In this document: piece by piece, positions 48,145 to 59,605 of the stretch
How the letters are laid out: every line of letters starts with the position of its first letter
How positions within the stretch are numbered: the first letter of the stretch is position 1
DNA from: Mobula hypostoma
Taxonomy: Eukaryota
NCBI RefSeq assembly: GCF_963921235.1
Contig: NC_086097.1
Coordinates: forward strand, 95,358,001-95,422,000
Reading direction: 5' to 3'
Length of the DNA stretch: 64,000 nt
Made by a program: the position numbers and the translations under genes
The notes under the pieces: model-generated
What the model was told of the DNA's origin: nothing
The model's input: only the letters and a program-made list of their open reading frames with translations
Database searches by the model: none

Positions 48145-49200
48145 TTTGAATTGATTCATTACAGTCACAGGCTCGAAGATATAGTGAGAAGCTTGTCTAA
48201 AATATTGCTCATACAGATCAATTTGTTACACAGTGCATTGAGGTAGCACAAGGTAAAACAAAACAGAATGCAAAATAAAGTATAACAGCTACGGAGAAAG
48301 TGCAGTGCAGGTAGACAATTAGGTGCAAGGTCATAACAAGGTAGATTGTGAGCGCAAGAGTCCTTCTTATCCTACTAGCAATCATTCAATAGTCAGGCGT
48401 TGTACCTTCTGTCGAATAGGTGAGGGGAGAAGAGAGAAGGGAGATGGGTCTTTGATTATGCTGGCTGCTTTACTGAAGTAGTGAGAGGTATAGACAGAGA
48501 CCATGGAAGGGAGGCTGGTTTCTGAGATGTGCTGAGCTGTGTACGCAACTCTTGGCAACTCCTTGCAGTCATGGGCAGAGCTGCATTAAGCCGTGAAGCA
48601 CCCAGATAGGATGCTTTCCATAGTGTCTCAATAAAACCTGGTGAGGATCACTGGGGACATGCCAAAGTTCTTTAGCCTCTTAAGGAGGTGTAAGTGTTGC
48701 TGAGTTTTATTGGCCATGGCCTTGGCATTGTTGGACCAGTACAGTCTGTTTGTGATGTTTACTCCAGGAGCTTAAAGCTCTCAACCCTCAGCACTGTTGA
48801 CATAGACACAAGCATGTTACTGCTCCCCTTTCCGAAATCAATGATGAGCTGTTTTGCATTGTTGATATTGAGGAAAAAGTTGTTTTTATGACACCATGTC
48901 ACGATTGCCTTCCTGTACTGTGACTCATAATTATTTGAGATACAGCCCACTACAGTGGGATCAATTGCAAACTGGTAGATTGAGGTAGAGCTGTAACTGG
49001 TCATGCAGTCATGAGTATATGGGGAGTAGAGAAGAGCTTGAGGAGGCAGTCTTGTGGAGCAGCAGTGTTTAGAATAATAGTGGCAAAGGTGTTGCTGCAT
49101 ATCCTTAACGACTGTAGTATTTTGGTTTCAGAAGTCATGGATCCAGTTGCAAAGGGAGGTGTTCCTTACCAGGTCTCAGAGTTTAGTGATGAGTTTGCTT
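48145..49200 (-). mobile_element. Degraded Rex1/Babar 3' fragment
   Basis: LLYSPYTHDC...IYQFA.D.TVVG.ISN...LIIDFGK...VESFKLL on the minus strand. Confidence 0.8.
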
Positions 49201-50243
49201 GGTCTCTTTTCCACCAATTAGTGATAATTATCAGGAGTGCTCAGTACACAGAGCCCATAGCATTGTCAGTGATTCTTCAGCACTTGACACAGAAAGGAAA
49301 AACGTGTTTTACCTTATATTTGCTAGCTGCTTCAGTCTTGCCTGTGGTGATTGCTCCATAATTGCTACATTAATTCGAGACTGGGGTAATTTTTTTGTAA
49401 TCACACCTTTGTATTTTCTCCACCAACTTTACTGAAGGGGCTCAGTTACATTAATATCTATGACTAAGGTATCTGATTATCAGTTAAATCTGCAGTGGTA
49501 GTGGTGGTTGAGGGGGGCATTTCAGCTGAACCAAAAAGAATTCTTAACCCTCCCATACTGCTTAGTGTCCATGAAATAAACATTTAAATTTCTGCTATGG
49601 GCAATCAGAGGAGAAATTCTCAGGACCATTGGCACAAAATTTTCATTGATTTGGTTAGAACACAAACCAAATTTGCTTTGCTTATTCACCAATATTGCAA
49701 GTTAAAGGAAGACTCCCAATGAACAAAATTTCAATTTATTTTCCGATCAGCGAAACTAGACAGGGCTACAAGGTTGGAGCTGTTAGCAAACCAAAGGCTG
49801 AACGAAAAATGTTTTGGGGTTTGGGAGTGGGCAATCATATAGCGAAATCTCCCACAAAATGATTGTGCCGAGCTGATAATGGCAAAATTCCAATGCATAA
49901 CAACATTTACAGCTAAATAATAAATTCAACTGTTCAATTAAGAATCAATAAAATTATTATACTGTATTCCATTTGCACCATTTTAAGCTCAGGTGTCATA
50001 TTCTTGCTGTTTCTCAAATCAACCCTGATTTTACTGCTCCACTATTTGTGATCTGGCCTAAAGACCAGACTCAGAAATGCCTTCTCTAAACCTTTCCATT
50101 TTTCATTTTTCTCCATTTGCAGAATTGCAGAGAGTTGCAAATACAGCCCAGTCCATTACGAAAACCAGCGTCCCCTTCATTGAACACACATAAAAGTTGC
50201 TGGTGAACGCAGCAGGCCAGGCAGCATCTCTAGGAAGAGGTAC

Positions 50244-50279
50244 AGTCAACGTTTCGGGCTGAGACCCTTCATCAGGACT
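50244..50279 (-). ncRNA. Minimal type-I hammerhead ribozyme motif
   Basis: Reverse complement agtc-CTGATGA-a-ggg tctcag ccc-GAAA-cGTT-gact; NUH triplet GUU. Confidence 0.7.
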
Positions 50280-50919
50280 AACTGAAAGAAGAGCTAGTAA
50301 GAGATTTGAAAGTGAGAGGGGAAGGGATGGGGTACGAGGGGGAGGTGGGGCATTAGCAGAAGTTAGAGAAGTCAATGTTCATGCAATCAGGTTGGAGGCT
50401 ACCCAGACGGAACATAACGTGTTGTTCCTCCAACCTGAGTGTGGCTTCATCTTTACAGTAGAGGAGGCCGTGGATACACATATCAGAATGGGAATGGGAC
50501 GTGGAATTAAAATGCGTGGCCACTGGGAGATCCTGCTTTCTCAAGCGGACAGAGCATAGGTGTTCAGTGAAAGGATCTCCCAGTCTGCGTCGGATCTCGC
50601 ATTGACTTCTCAAACTTCCGCTAATGCCCCACCTCCCCCTTGTACTCTATCTGTTATTTATTTATATACATACATTATTTTTCTCTCTCTCCTTTTTCTC
50701 CCTCTGTCCCTCTAACTATACCCCTTGCCCATCCTCTGGGCTCTCCCCCCCCCTTTTCTTTCTCCCTAGGCCTCCCATCCCATGATCCTCTCATATTCCT
50801 TTTGCCAATCACCTGTCCAGCTCTTGGCTCCAACCCTCCCCCTCCTGTCTTCTCCTATCATTTTGGATCTCCCCCTCACTCTCCCACTTTTAAATCTCCT
50901 ACTAGCTCTTCTTTCAGTG

Positions 50920-50955
50920 AGTCCTGACGAAGGGTCTCGGCCCGAAACGTCGACT
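50920..50955 (+). ncRNA. Minimal type-I hammerhead ribozyme motif (best preserved copy)
   Basis: agtc-CTGACGA-a-ggg tctcgg ccc-GAAA-cGTC-gact; stem I agtc/gact, palindromic ACGT in place of stem III. Confidence 0.75.
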
Positions 50956-52696
50956 GTACCTCTTCCTAGAGATGCTACCTGGCCTACTGCGCTCACCAGC
51001 AACTTTTATGTGTGTTACTTGAAATTCCAGCATCTGCAGATTTCCTCGTGTTTGCGTCCCCTTCATTGACTCCAACTATAATTTACACTGCCTTGGAATG
51101 TAACCAACATTATCAAGGACTCTTCTCTTCCCATCCTGGTCATTCGCTCTTCTCTCCTCTCACTTAGGGCATAAAATACAAAAACCTAAGAGCATGAACC
51201 ACTAGACTGAAGCACTGTTATCAGATTCTTGAACAAACCTCCTACGTTAAAAGATGAACTCTCAATCTCCAAATCTACCAAATCATGAGCCTTGTACTTT
51301 ATTTGTCTACCTGCCCTGCACCGTAACTGTGGCTAGATTCTGCATTTTGTTTCTCTTTTTATTACCTCAATGTTACATGCATAGAATGATCTGTCTGGTT
51401 GGCATGCCAAGAAAATCTTTCTCACTGTATCTCAGTACATGTGACGATAATAAACCAATACAATTCAACTCACCTCACCAGTTTTAAAAAAGCTTTGGGG
51501 TACCTGTCCTAATACATCCTTATGCAGTGTGATGTCAATTTTCCTTTAAAACATATTGGGATATGTTGCATTTACAAAGCACCATTTAACATTGTAAAAT
51601 GCTACAGTTATGTACATTTCCTTAATAAATAATTAAATATATATTGAGACATTGCACAAGTCCCTAGGATTGTGCAGCATTGAAAGAGAGTGTATCAGCA
51701 TTCATAGTAGTTTTGCAAGCTATGTAATTACAGTAGATTCTGGCTAATTGGACCATTAGTTAATCGAGGCAGCCACTTACAGTGCCTTTAAGAAGTATTC
51801 ACCCCCTCCCCCATTGGAAGTTTTCTTGTTTTATTGTTTTACAACATTGAATCACAGCGGATTTAATTTGGCTTTTTTGACACTGATCAACAGAAAAAGA
51901 CTCTCGTATCAAAGTGAATACAGATCTCAACGAAGTGATCTAAAGTAATTACAAATATAAAAACACAAAATAATTGAGTCCATAATTATTGACCCCTTTA
52001 ATATGACACACCAAATCATCACTGATGCAGCCAATTGGTTTTAGAAGTTACATAATTAGTTAAGCTATCCTAGCTACCTATGCTTAGTCAAGGTGTTTCA
52101 AATGATTGTAGTAAAAATACACCTGCATTTGGAAGGTCCAACTGCTGGCGAGCCAGTATTCTGGTAAAAACGACATCATGAAGACAAAAGAACACTCCAA
52201 GCAACTCCATGAAAAGGTTATGAAAGCATAACTCAGGACATGATACACGAAAATTTCCAAGTTACTGAATATCCCTTAGTGTACAGTTAGAATATGGTGC
52301 AACTGAAAACCTGCCTAGAGCAGGCTGTCCTCAAAACCTGAGTGACCAGTTGCAAGAAGCAGTTCACCAGTTATAACTTTATGGGAGAGTGGCAAAGAGA
52401 AAGCCACTGATGAAAAAAACTTACATGAAATGAATTTGCCAGAAGGCATGTGGGAGACTCTGAAGTCAGCTGGAAGAAGGTTCTATGGTCTGATAAAACT
52501 AAAATTGAGCTTTTTGGCCATCAGATTAAACACTATGTTTGGCATAAGCCAAACACCACACATCATCAAAAATATACCATCCTTCCTGTGAAGTACGGTG
52601 ATGGTTGCATCATGCTGTGGGGATGCTTCACTGCAGCAGGCCCTAGATGGTTTGTGAAGGTAGACGGTAAAACCAATGCAGCAAAATACAGGCAAA

Positions 52697-54285
52697 GCAA
52701 CACGCACAACACGCTGGAGGAACTCAGCGGGTAGGGCAGCATCTGTGGAAATGAACAGTCAACGTTTCGGGCCGGAACCCTTCATCGGGACTGAAGAGGG
52801 AAGGGGCAGAGGGCCTATAAAGAAGGTGGGGGGGGGGAGGGTGGGAAGGAGAAGGCGGGTAGGTGCCAGGTGAAAAACCAGTAAGGGGAAAGACAAAGGG
52901 ATGGGGGAGGGGAAGCAGGGAGGTGATAGGCAGGAAAGGTGAAGAAGGAATAGGGGAAAGCACAATGGGTAGTAGAAGGAGGCGGAACCAAAAGGGAGGT
53001 GATAGGCAGCTGGAGGAGGGGGCAGAGTGAAACTGGGATGGAGGAAGGGAGGGGGAGGGAATTACCAGAAGTTGGAGAAACCAGTGTTCATGCCCAGGGG
53101 CTGGAGACTACCCAGACGGTATTATAAGGTGTTGCTCCTCCAACCTGAGTTTGGCCTCATCATGGCAGTAGAGGAGGCCATGTATGGGAAGATCGTGGTT
53201 TCCCTTCTGCCATCTTCAATGATGCCCTCACCCGCATCTCCTCCATTTCCCGCACTTCAGCCCTCACCCCATCCTCCCGTCACCACAACAGGGACAGAGT
53301 TCCCCTTATCCTCACCTACCACCCTACCAGCCTCCGAATCCAGCACATTATCCTCCGCAACTTCCGCCACCTTCAACAGAACCCCACCACTAAGCACATC
53401 TTTACCCTCTTTACCCCTCTCCACTTTCCGCAGGGATTGTTCCATCCGCCATTCCCTGGTCCACATGTCCCTCACCACGGATCTCCCACCTGGCACTCAT
53501 CCCCGTAAGCTGTCCCTACACCTCCTCTCTCACCACTATTCAGGGCCCCAAACAGTCCTTCCAGGTGAGGCAACACTTCACTTGCGAGTCTGTTGGGGTC
53601 ATCTATTGCATCCGGTGCTCACGGTGCGGCCTCCTCTACATCGGTGAAACCCGACACAGATTGGGGGACCGCTTTGTCGAGCACCTCCGCTCCGTCCATC
53701 ACAACAGACAGGATCTCCCGTTTGCCACCCACTTCAACTCTGCTTCACATTCCCATTCGGATATGTCCATACATGGCCTCCTCTACTGCTATGATGAGGC
53801 TAAACTCAGGTTGGAGGAGCAACACCTTATATACCATCTGGGTAGTCTCCAGCTCCTTGGCATGAACATTGAATTCCCCAACTTACGGTAATTCCCTCCC
53901 CCTCCCTTCAGCCATCTCAGTTTCACTCTGCCCCTCCCCCAGCTGCCTATCATCTCCCTCTTGGTTCTGCCTCCTTCTACTACCCATTGTGCTTTCCCCT
54001 ATTCCTTCTTCACCTTTCCTGCCTATCCCCTCCCTGCTTCCCCTCCCCAACCCCTTGATCTTTCCCCTTACTGGTTTTTCACCTGGCACCTACCTGCCTT
54101 CTCCTTCCCACCCTCCCCCCATCTTCTTTATAGGGCCCTTGCCCCCTCCCTCTTCAGTCCTGATGAAGGGTCTCGGCCCAAAATGTCGACTGTTCGTTTC
54201 CACGGATGCTGCCCTACCTGCTGAGTTCCTCCAGCGTGTCGTGCGTTTTGCTTTGACCCCAGCATCTGCAGAGTACTTTGCGTTT
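52697..54285. mobile_element. Inverted (fold-back) Penelope-like insertion, distinct subfamily, inside the Tc1 transposase
   Basis: Minus arm 52697-~53187, plus arm ~53188-54285 with GIY-YIG ORF 53565-53891; 14-bp TSD aaaatacaggcaaa (52683-52696, 54286-54299); mutated hammerheads at 52756-52793 (-) and 54155-54192 (+). Confidence 0.93.
53545..53891 (+). pseudogene. GIY-YIG endonuclease domain of a Penelope-like element (open but 5'-truncated)
   Basis: FTCESVGVIYCIRCSRCGLLYIGETRHRLGDRFVEH...HFN...LEEQHLIYHLGSLQLLGMN. Confidence 0.88.
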
Positions 54286-55179
54286 AAAATACAGGCAAAT
54301 CCTGGAGGAAAACTTAATGCAGTCTGCAAGAGAACTGCAACTTGGGAGAAGATTTGTTTTCCAGCAAGACAAAGACTCCAGGCATAAAGCCAAAGCTACA
54401 CAGGAATGGCTTAAAAACAACAAAGGTAATAAGTCAGCGTCCAGACCTCAATCCAATTGAGTATTTGTGGCTGTTGAAAAGGGCTGTTCACTCATGATCC
54501 CCATGCAATCTGGCACAGCTTGAGCAGTTTTGTAAAGAAGAATGGGGAAAAATTGAAGTGTCCAGATGTGCAAAGCTGATAAGAGCCCTATCCACAGAGA
54601 CTCAAGGCTGTAATTGCTGTCAAAGATGTAGCTACTAAATACTGACTTGAAGGGGGTGAGTAAGTATGCAATCAGTTATTTTGTGTTTAATATTTGTAAT
54701 AAGTTTAGACCAATTTATACATATATGTTTTTCTCTTTGACACAAAAGAGCCTTTTCTGTTGATCAGTGTCAAAAAAGCCAAATTAAATCCACTGTGATT
54801 CAATGTTGTCAAACAATAAAACATGAAAACTTCCAAGGGTGGTGAATACTTTCTATAGGCATTGTATTTGGGACAACTCTTAAAGAACAAAAACTAATCA
54901 AGAAAATAACCTGGATTCCCTTCGTTTACTTGGGACACTATGACACTTAGTTGGGTCAGGAGACTGTCGCTGAACAGCTTCTAACTGGCTACAGTTGCAT
55001 GCGCTTGTGTGGCTGTTAGACATTACACCTTGTTAAGAATGAACAATTTTTAAACAGCATCAGTTTGGGTTCAAAACGCAGCAATATTTGTCACTAATAG
55101 TTGGCAATAAATAAGCAGTAAGACTATTCAGAACTGTTTTGTTCATTGTGGTTTCAAGTATTCAGGCTTGGAGCTATAG

Positions 55180-55270
55180 ATGTCCTGTTGAAGGGTCGCA
55201 GCCTGAAACATCAACTGTTTATTCTTTTCTATAGATGCTGCCTTCCAGCATTTTGTGTGGATTACTTGGA
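55180..55270 (+). mobile_element. Short degenerate Penelope terminal-repeat remnant
   Basis: gtcctgttgaagggtcgcagcctgaaacatcaact...tagatgctgcc...ccagcattttgtgtg. Confidence 0.6.
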
Positions 55271-56254
55271 TATACGAAAAAGGCTGGGAATGAAAATGAA
55301 ACGATTTCACAACTTCAACAAATTCAGGACTAAGAAGAGTTTGAAGGTATTGACAATCATGTTGAATATTACAATTAAAATGAAGAATTGTCGGATACAA
55401 TAATCAAAAGCATGGTATGAAGGCAGTCTACTATCCACACTAGGTGTCTACGCTGATTTTGTTCATCTGTAGTTTTCAAAAGAACACAGCAGTGTACACT
55501 GAACGAATTCCTCCACTGATAACTATTAGGAACTAATACACAGTTTTCTAGTACTGTAATTGTACTATAGTGTTGTAATTTGTTCTGTATTTCATCTAAA
55601 TACATAAATTGTTACTCAGTTAAATCATAGTTTGTCTTTTTTTTAATATCTTTTTAACTATTTCCATTGAATTTTGGCTAAATGGGGCAGCTGCTTAATT
55701 GGGCCAAAATGTACTGTTCCTGATGTGTCCCAATTAACTGGAATCCATCATCTTTGTAGAGTGATCACCAGGAGGATGTCAAGGATTAAGACATTTTTAA
55801 GATGGAAGAGTTACAATGACTCCATCTTGGAGAAAGAACACTAGTTTTGAAAAGCATTCCGCAAAGTCAAGAAGTTTGCTGAGTACATCTGAACCAATAT
55901 GGTTACAGATGTCCAAAACTATCATCGACAACTAGATCCCTTCAATACAGATCCATGCATAAATTTTACAGGTTTTGAGGAGTAAGCATCAACAACAGTC
56001 GGGTGCTGGCTGAGAATATTTCATACTGTCCAATCAGATCATTAGGTTGAGCTAAAAGTGTGAAGACTCTAAGGACTGCGACAAGCATCCTTGAAGCTAA
56101 GCAAAGTACAGAATGACAACTGCCCATCTGTTGGAAGATCAGTCTGCTGGCCACTGTCGATTGGAGATTTGCTCAAATTATAGATTCCCCATGGCAGGGC
56201 TACTGTTAACATTGCATTTGTACCAACAATGAATTACCCATGTCAGAGTGCTGT

Positions 56255-57010
56255 AGGAGATATACAGTAAGGACCCAACTTGTCCAAGCCGACCAGGATG
56301 TTTATCAGAGACAGTCTCATATACCTGCATTTGGCCCAAATCCATCGAAACCTTTTCTATCCATGTAACTACCCCAATGTCTTCTACACATTGTAATTGT
56401 ACTTACTTCTACATTTCCTCTAGCAGCTCAGTCCTTATATCCTCCATCCTCTGTGAGAAAATGTTACCCCTCAGGTCTTTTTTATATTTATTTCTCACAT
56501 TTAAATCTATTTCATCTAGTTTTAGAATCTCTCACCCTGGGAAAAGCTGTGACCATCTAGCTTATCCACATATGTAATAATTTTAAACCTCTGTAAGGTC
56601 ATTACTCAGCCTCTTATGCTCCAGGAAAAGAGTCCCAGCCTACTCAGCTTCTCCTTATAACTTAAGGCCTCCTAACAGCATCCTGGTGAATCTTTCCTGC
56701 ACCTTTTTCAGCTAATGACATCCTTCCTTTAGCTGGACAACCAGGACTGTGTAAAATTTTCCAATTGTGGTCTCACCAGGGACTTGTAAAGGTGAACATG
56801 GTATTCAAACTCCAGTACTCAGTGCCCTGACTCAGGAAGGCTAACATGCCAAATGCCTTCATCACCACCCTGTCTAGCTGTGTTGCCACTTTTAGGGAAC
56901 TTTGTATGTGTACCTCAAGGCTCTCTGGCCTACAACTCTCTCCAAGGCCCGACCATTTATAGTGCATGTCCTTCCCTGGTTTAATTTGTAAGTGCAACAT
57001 CTTCCAAGTG
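56255..57010 (-). mobile_element. Degraded CR1 3' fragment
   Basis: Minus strand SSLKVATQLDRVVMKAFGMLAFLSQGTEY, followed by a CR1-type 3' region. Confidence 0.75.
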
Positions 57011-58069
57011 CACTCTGGCCTTACAGACTTCTGTTTCTATTTCCTTATACACATTACAATAAACTGTGAGAAATGTTTTGGAATTCAAGCGGAATGAGTG
57101 TACATTAACGTAAACCTCAATAGACCTTCTGGGCATTTCTAACGCTGTGTATTTGACACAATACCTTTGAGTTGGGTTGGGAGAAATCAATTGCCTTTTA
57201 GAACAAAATGACTTCAAAGGACAGAGTGCAACAGCGTGCAGAATGTCATTCTGCTCCAGCAGGCAGACTGAATGAGACAAATTGAGAGAGAAACAATATC
57301 GGCAGTGACAAAAAAAAACAGCAGCTCAGTCAAGGCCTTGAAATGCACAGGAACCGTGAATTTAATCAGTGAAGCTAAATGGAATCCCGTTACAATGAAG
57401 CACTGCAAAGAAAAGGCAGCCAAAGCCCCCAAATGCCCATGTAACCCAGGCTCCCTGCTTCCCTCTAACCCACACTCACTAGCCAAGCTTCTCTCCTCAT
57501 TTGCTAATGTATATGGTCACACCTCCCAGCTCCACAGTCCATCAAAAGGAGTCTGGTATGCTTGCAAGGATGGCGAGATGTTCGTCATTAGCCATTACAT
57601 TAAATAGAAGCTGTTGAAACACAAAGGAGCTCCTCTTGCTGAACATGTTCAAAGATGGAACATTCTGCTTTTCTAGCAGGTTTTGAATTACATGCAACAA
57701 TCCGCCTATCTTAACCTTTTTCAATTTCTATCCAGACACCCCAACACTTCAAAGACTACTTCCATGCCACCAACTGAAAAACAATCCTGAAAGCAATTAC
57801 TTTTAGACTACGTTCTTCTGGTGACAAGCTCATGCTGAAAGGCTGTTGATAAGAATGTCCTTTTTGCAAGTGAACATACCATGATTGTTAAGGTTAGCAA
57901 GATAGATCACCGACACTGTATAAGTCTAACAAGATAAGAAAAACTTTGCTGCAGAAGTCACACCTCAACATTAACATGGGCCCCAAGGATGAAACAACAC
58001 AGACTTTATTACATTACAGACAAACGTCACCATTAGTAGGAGTGTTAGGGCAATATGAAAATGAATCAA

Positions 58070-58850
58070 ATTTCAGATTAGTTCATTGTTACATACGCTA
58101 AGGCACAATGGAATTTTCTGCTCACATGAAGTTCACAGAGAAGATAGTATACATGCCGATAATAAATGCAAGAATGAGCATGAAACAGCAAAATGGTGCA
58201 AATTGTAGTAGTGCAAAAAGAAATGCTAAAGTGACAACAACAGAATAGCAAATTAATTAAGAATTAAGAATGCAAAAACTCAGATGCACCACTGGGAAAG
58301 GGATGTGAAAGAGTTAATTGCTCTGGAGTCTGATAGCGGTGGAGAAGAAGCTGTTCTTGAGTGTGGATGCCTGGGCTTTCAAAGCTTCAGCTTCTTCTCT
58401 CAGAGAGTAAAGGGAATGGCCAGGTGGCAGACATCCTTGATGACATAGTTGCCTTCCTGAAACAATATGCAATGAAGAGGGACTGGATTGAAGGAAGTGA
58501 TAAGCCTGTGATATATTTGGCTGTGTTTACCACTCTCTGCAGGTTCCAAATCAGAACATTTAGCATACCAGGCATAGATGCAACCTGTATGAATACTTCC
58601 TCTAGCACATCTGTAGAAATTTGAGAGAATCTTCATGGACATTCTGAATTTTCTCAAATACCTAAGAAATAAATATGTTTTCTTCATTAATGCAGCAATG
58701 AGATTGCTGACGATATGGATGCAAGGAACTTGAAATTGTTACCCATTTTCACAGAAATTTTCACATTAATGGAACATTAATGATGATGCTCATTCTCCTT
58801 GCTTCCTTGGGTCAACAACTAACTCTTCCGTCTTGCTGACACATAATTCA
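58070..58850 (-). mobile_element. Degraded Rex1/Babar 3' fragment
   Basis: YLFLRYLRKFRMSMKILSNFYRCA.GSI.TGCIYAWY; LQRVVNTAKYITG.SLPSI. Confidence 0.8.
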
Positions 58851-58854
58851 TATT

Positions 58855-59605
58855 TCAAAGTAAATTTATTATCAAAGTACACATACGTCAGTATATACAA
58901 TCCTGAGATTCATTTTCTTGTGGGCAATCACAGTAAGTATAAGAAACACGATAGAATCAATAAAAGACTGCATCCAACAAGGCTGACAAAGAATCAATGT
59001 GCAAAAGGCAACAAACTGTGTAAATATAGAAAGCTGTGCCAAATATGTCCCTACCTTAGAACTACTAGGCTTTACCCATTGCCCTCTATTTTTCTAAGCT
59101 CCATGTACCCATCCAGGAGTCTCTTCAAAGACCCTATCGTTTCTGCCTCCACCACCACCACCACCGGCAGCCCATTCCACACACTCACCACTCTCTGTGT
59201 AAAAAACTTACCCCTGACATCTCCTCTGTACCTACTTCCAGACACCTTAAAACTGTGCCCTCTCATGCTAGCCACTTCAGTCCTAGGGAAAAGCCTCTGA
59301 CTATCCACACAGTCAATGCCTCTCATTATCTTGTACACCTCTGCCAAGTCACCACTCATCCTCCATTGCTCCAAGGAGAAAAGGCCGAGTCAGGGGTAAG
59401 TAAAAAGAAAGAGAAATTAATAATGATAAATAAGCAATAAAATTTGAAAAACATGACATGAAGAATCCTTGGAAGTGAGTCCATAGGTTGTGGGAACAGT
59501 TCAGTGACAAGGACTGACTCATGGACCTCTGGCTTTCTCCTCCTGAGGTCAATAATCATCTCCTTGCTCTTGCTGACATTGAGTGAGAGGTTGTTGTTGT
59601 GGGCT
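58855..59605 (-). mobile_element. Rex1/Babar 3' end (internally deleted) with nested CR1 piece
   Basis: ttcaaagtaaatttatt tail; UTR resumes ~59400; NNLSLNVSKSKEMIIDLRRRKPEVHE. Confidence 0.75.
59032..59391 (-). mobile_element. CR1 3' fragment (same subfamily as 11883-15515)
   Basis: RMSGDLAEVYKIMRGIDCVDSQRLFPR...RGHSFKV.GSRYRGDVRGKFFTQRVV. Confidence 0.9.

Larger units (their letters stand above)
50184..51053. mobile_element. Inverted (fold-back) Penelope-like insertion
   Basis: Minus arm 50184-~50598 (GIY-YIG part + internally deleted repeat), plus arm ~50600-51053; 16-bp TSD gcgtccccttcattga (50168-50183, 51054-51069). Confidence 0.92.
50112..51470 (+). mobile_element. Rex1/Babar 3' end interrupted by a Penelope-like element
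   Basis: LQRVANTAQSITKTS.P.ID...IIKD..HPGHSLFS; tail aataaaccaatacaattcaa. Confidence 0.75.
52178..54645 (+). pseudogene. Disrupted Tc1 (DD34E-type) transposase
   Basis: MKTKEHSKQL..., WKKVLWSDKTKIELFG, VKYGDGCIMLWGCF, [insert], [22 protein letters not shown]; frameshifts and deletions. Confidence 0.9.
51780..54864 (+). mobile_element. Tc1-family DNA transposon with ~210-bp TIRs and TA TSD
   Basis: TA|cagtgcctttaagaagtattcacc... at the left end and ...ggtgaatactttctataggcattg|TA at the right; TIRs ~51780-51998 and ~54647-54864. Confidence 0.93.
51731..55748. mobile_element. Tigger-like non-autonomous DNA transposon hosting a Tc1 element
   Basis: Left end TA|cagtagattctggctaattgg; right end ccaattaactggaatcca (imperfect inverted match); subterminal ggcagc...tta.ttggg repeats; sequence continues across the Tc1 TA site. 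Confidence 0.65.

Noticed and set aside
5328..54387. Recurrent short ORFs with VSPDEGSRPETSTVPLPRDAAWPAAFTSNF (5328, 14814, 18087, 18584, 50103, 50782) as a novel peptide family
   Set aside because: They are translations through the non-coding Penelope terminal repeat and hammerhead; starts and frames are inconsistent between copies.
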